Of a DNA stretch of 64,000 nt, positions 59,377 through 64,000 are shown piece by piece. The notes under the pieces were generated by a model, which saw nothing but the letters and a program-made list of their open reading frames with translations, made no database searches and had not been told where the DNA came from. This DNA comes from Escherichia coli. Lineage in GTDB: Bacteria > Pseudomonadota > Gammaproteobacteria > Enterobacterales > Enterobacteriaceae. The stretch's first letter is position 1. Each line of letters opens with the position of its first letter. The stretch lies in NCBI RefSeq assembly GCF_013315695.1, contig NZ_CP054353.1; one strand, written 5' to 3'. A program made the position numbers and the translations under genes.

Positions 59377-59401
59377 ACTTCTACCCATGGTTGTAATAAT
59401 T

Positions 59402-59776
59402 CTAACAAGATAAACTCGCAGGATTCTCTTTCGTCGCATTGACAAAACAACGGAATAGTCGATTACCTGACTTCCGCCATTTCTGAAGATCCTGCATATT
59501 AATACCATAACTGCTGAACAACATAAAGGTGTCATCCAGATATTCGTCGATCTGCTCAATGAGCTTATTGTCTTCATTATACTTAATTTTGTAATTAAGT
59601 GCGAAGGTCGCAATATGCTCAATCAGTTCATTCAACTGGAGGTTGATCGCCGAGGTTGGGTCGTTAACCCAGCCATGATTGCTTTCTTCAAGGTTTGCAA
59701 GACAGTCATGATACAGGGTTTCACAGAGAAACTTAAGCTGTGCGATATCATGTCTTTTGGGTGAGTATTCATCCAT
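59402..59776 (-). CDS. tomB: Hha toxicity modulator TomB (YbaJ)
   Basis: 124-aa ORF immediately upstream of hha. Confidence 0.93.
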
Positions 59777-60320
59777 AACGCGTCCCCTTCTTAGCGGTTG
59801 AACTAACGGACACCTTTCGGGATGGAAAAAACTTACTGACCTGGACTTGCCCTCTCGTTTGTTAGCTTAACTATAAGCCACTCTTTGCAGGTTTTCATCG
59901 CATTATTACGAAAAATTACAATTAGGAGGAAGCGGGACAGGACTTACTTTTTCATACTAGCACTAACCCGCAGCAGGTAAAAGCAGTTTGCTCGAACTGT
60001 TCATAACATTTCAGGATTATCGCCAGATGAAATTGGTAACACTAATACCAGGATTGCTCTGAATATGACGTAATAACCGAGGAATGAATAAAGAATTACC
60101 GCAAATAATTAAGAATAGCCTCTAAATGATTATGGATTATTAAATCTATTAGCGCTACTTAATATAAATTAACTAACAATCAGTATTTTTTATGAATTTT
60201 ATACGTGTTTAATACTGGTTTTCGTATGAGATCCTGAGTTGGTGGTTCAATGACTCCTTAATGTTCGTAGGTTATGCATAAAAAAGGCCGCTTGCGCGGC
60301 CTTAGTGATTACACGTTGTA

Positions 60321-63473
<3,153 letters not shown>

Positions 63474-63492
63474 TTAACGGCTCCTGTTTAAG

Positions 63493-64000
63493 TTAAGACT
63501 TGGACTGTTCAGGCTGAGCACCGCTTGCGGCTTGCTGGTTATTATCAGCGGTAACTTCTTGTGCTTTTACTTGGACACCAGGACGCACTTTCTGCAGCCC
63601 ACTTATTACTACGCGATCGCCTGCTTTCAGACCTTCTGTCACCAGCCACTTATCGCCGATAGCCTGGCTTGCAACGATCGGACGGGTTTCCACTTTGTCA
63701 TCCGCGCCAACCACCAGTACGGTGGCATCGCCACGCGGCGTACGGGTTACGCCCTGTTGCGGGACTAAAATAGCGTTTGGATTAAGCCCTTCTTCCAGAC
63801 GCGCACGTACGAACATACCCGGCAGCAGAGTGTGATCCGGGTTCGGGAAGATAGCGCGTAGGGTGATAGACCCGGTGGTCTGATCAACGGTAACGTCAGA
63901 GAATTCCAGCGTACCGTCCTGCGGGAACTTAATGCCGTCACTGGTGATCAGCGACACTTTGGCTTTGCCGTTCTCTTGTTTCAGCGTGCCATTTGCCAGT
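63493..64000 (-). CDS. acrA: RND efflux membrane fusion protein AcrA, 3' part only (gene continues past the window end)
   Basis: C-terminal AcrA sequence ending ...QQAASGAQPEQSKS; frame open to the window edge. Confidence 0.95.
   Translation of the reverse strand, partial: LANGTLKQENGKAKVSLITSDGIKFPQDGTLEFSDVTVDQTTGSITLRAIFPNPDHTLLPGMFVRARLEEGLNPNAILVPQQGVTRTPRGDATVLVVGADDKVETRPIVASQAIGDKWLVTEGLKAGDRVVISGLQKVRPGVQVKAQEVTADNNQQAASGAQPEQSKS

Noticed and set aside
59158-59622. 154-aa long form of hha
   Set aside because: Hha is a 72-aa protein starting MSEKPLTK; the upstream extension overlaps tomB and starts on an alternative codon.

Overview
This window is a syntenic Escherichia coli chromosomal segment running tgt-yajC-secDF through acrB-acrA (the ~9-10 min region of the K-12 map), which I recognise from protein sequences and gene order; no database search was possible. 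Almost all of it is conserved core: Sec translocon, riboflavin/thiamine/isoprenoid genes, the cyoABCDE operon, tig-clpPX-lon-hupB-ppiD, mdlAB, glnK-amtB, ffs and acrAB. Against that backbone, four segments are not part of the K-12 arrangement as I remember it. (1) An IS200/IS605-family element of about 1.75 kb splits the lipoprotein gene yajI; its tnpA is decayed but its 402-aa tnpB, an RNA-guided nuclease family, is intact. (2) A parD/parE-like toxin-antitoxin pair lies between secF and yajD. (3) An AT-rich islet between yajR and cyoE encodes a secreted Sel1-repeat protein plus a GNAT-toxin/DUF1778-antitoxin pair. (4) A complete 768-bp IS1 with a 9-bp target duplication sits exactly on the fadM stop codon. 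The most interesting candidate is the TnpB element with its predicted right-end guide RNA, followed by the Sel1 + GNAT toxin-antitoxin islet. No CRISPR array, tRNA or rRNA was seen. Gene starts are chosen by homology to known N-termini where I recall them and may be off by a few codons.
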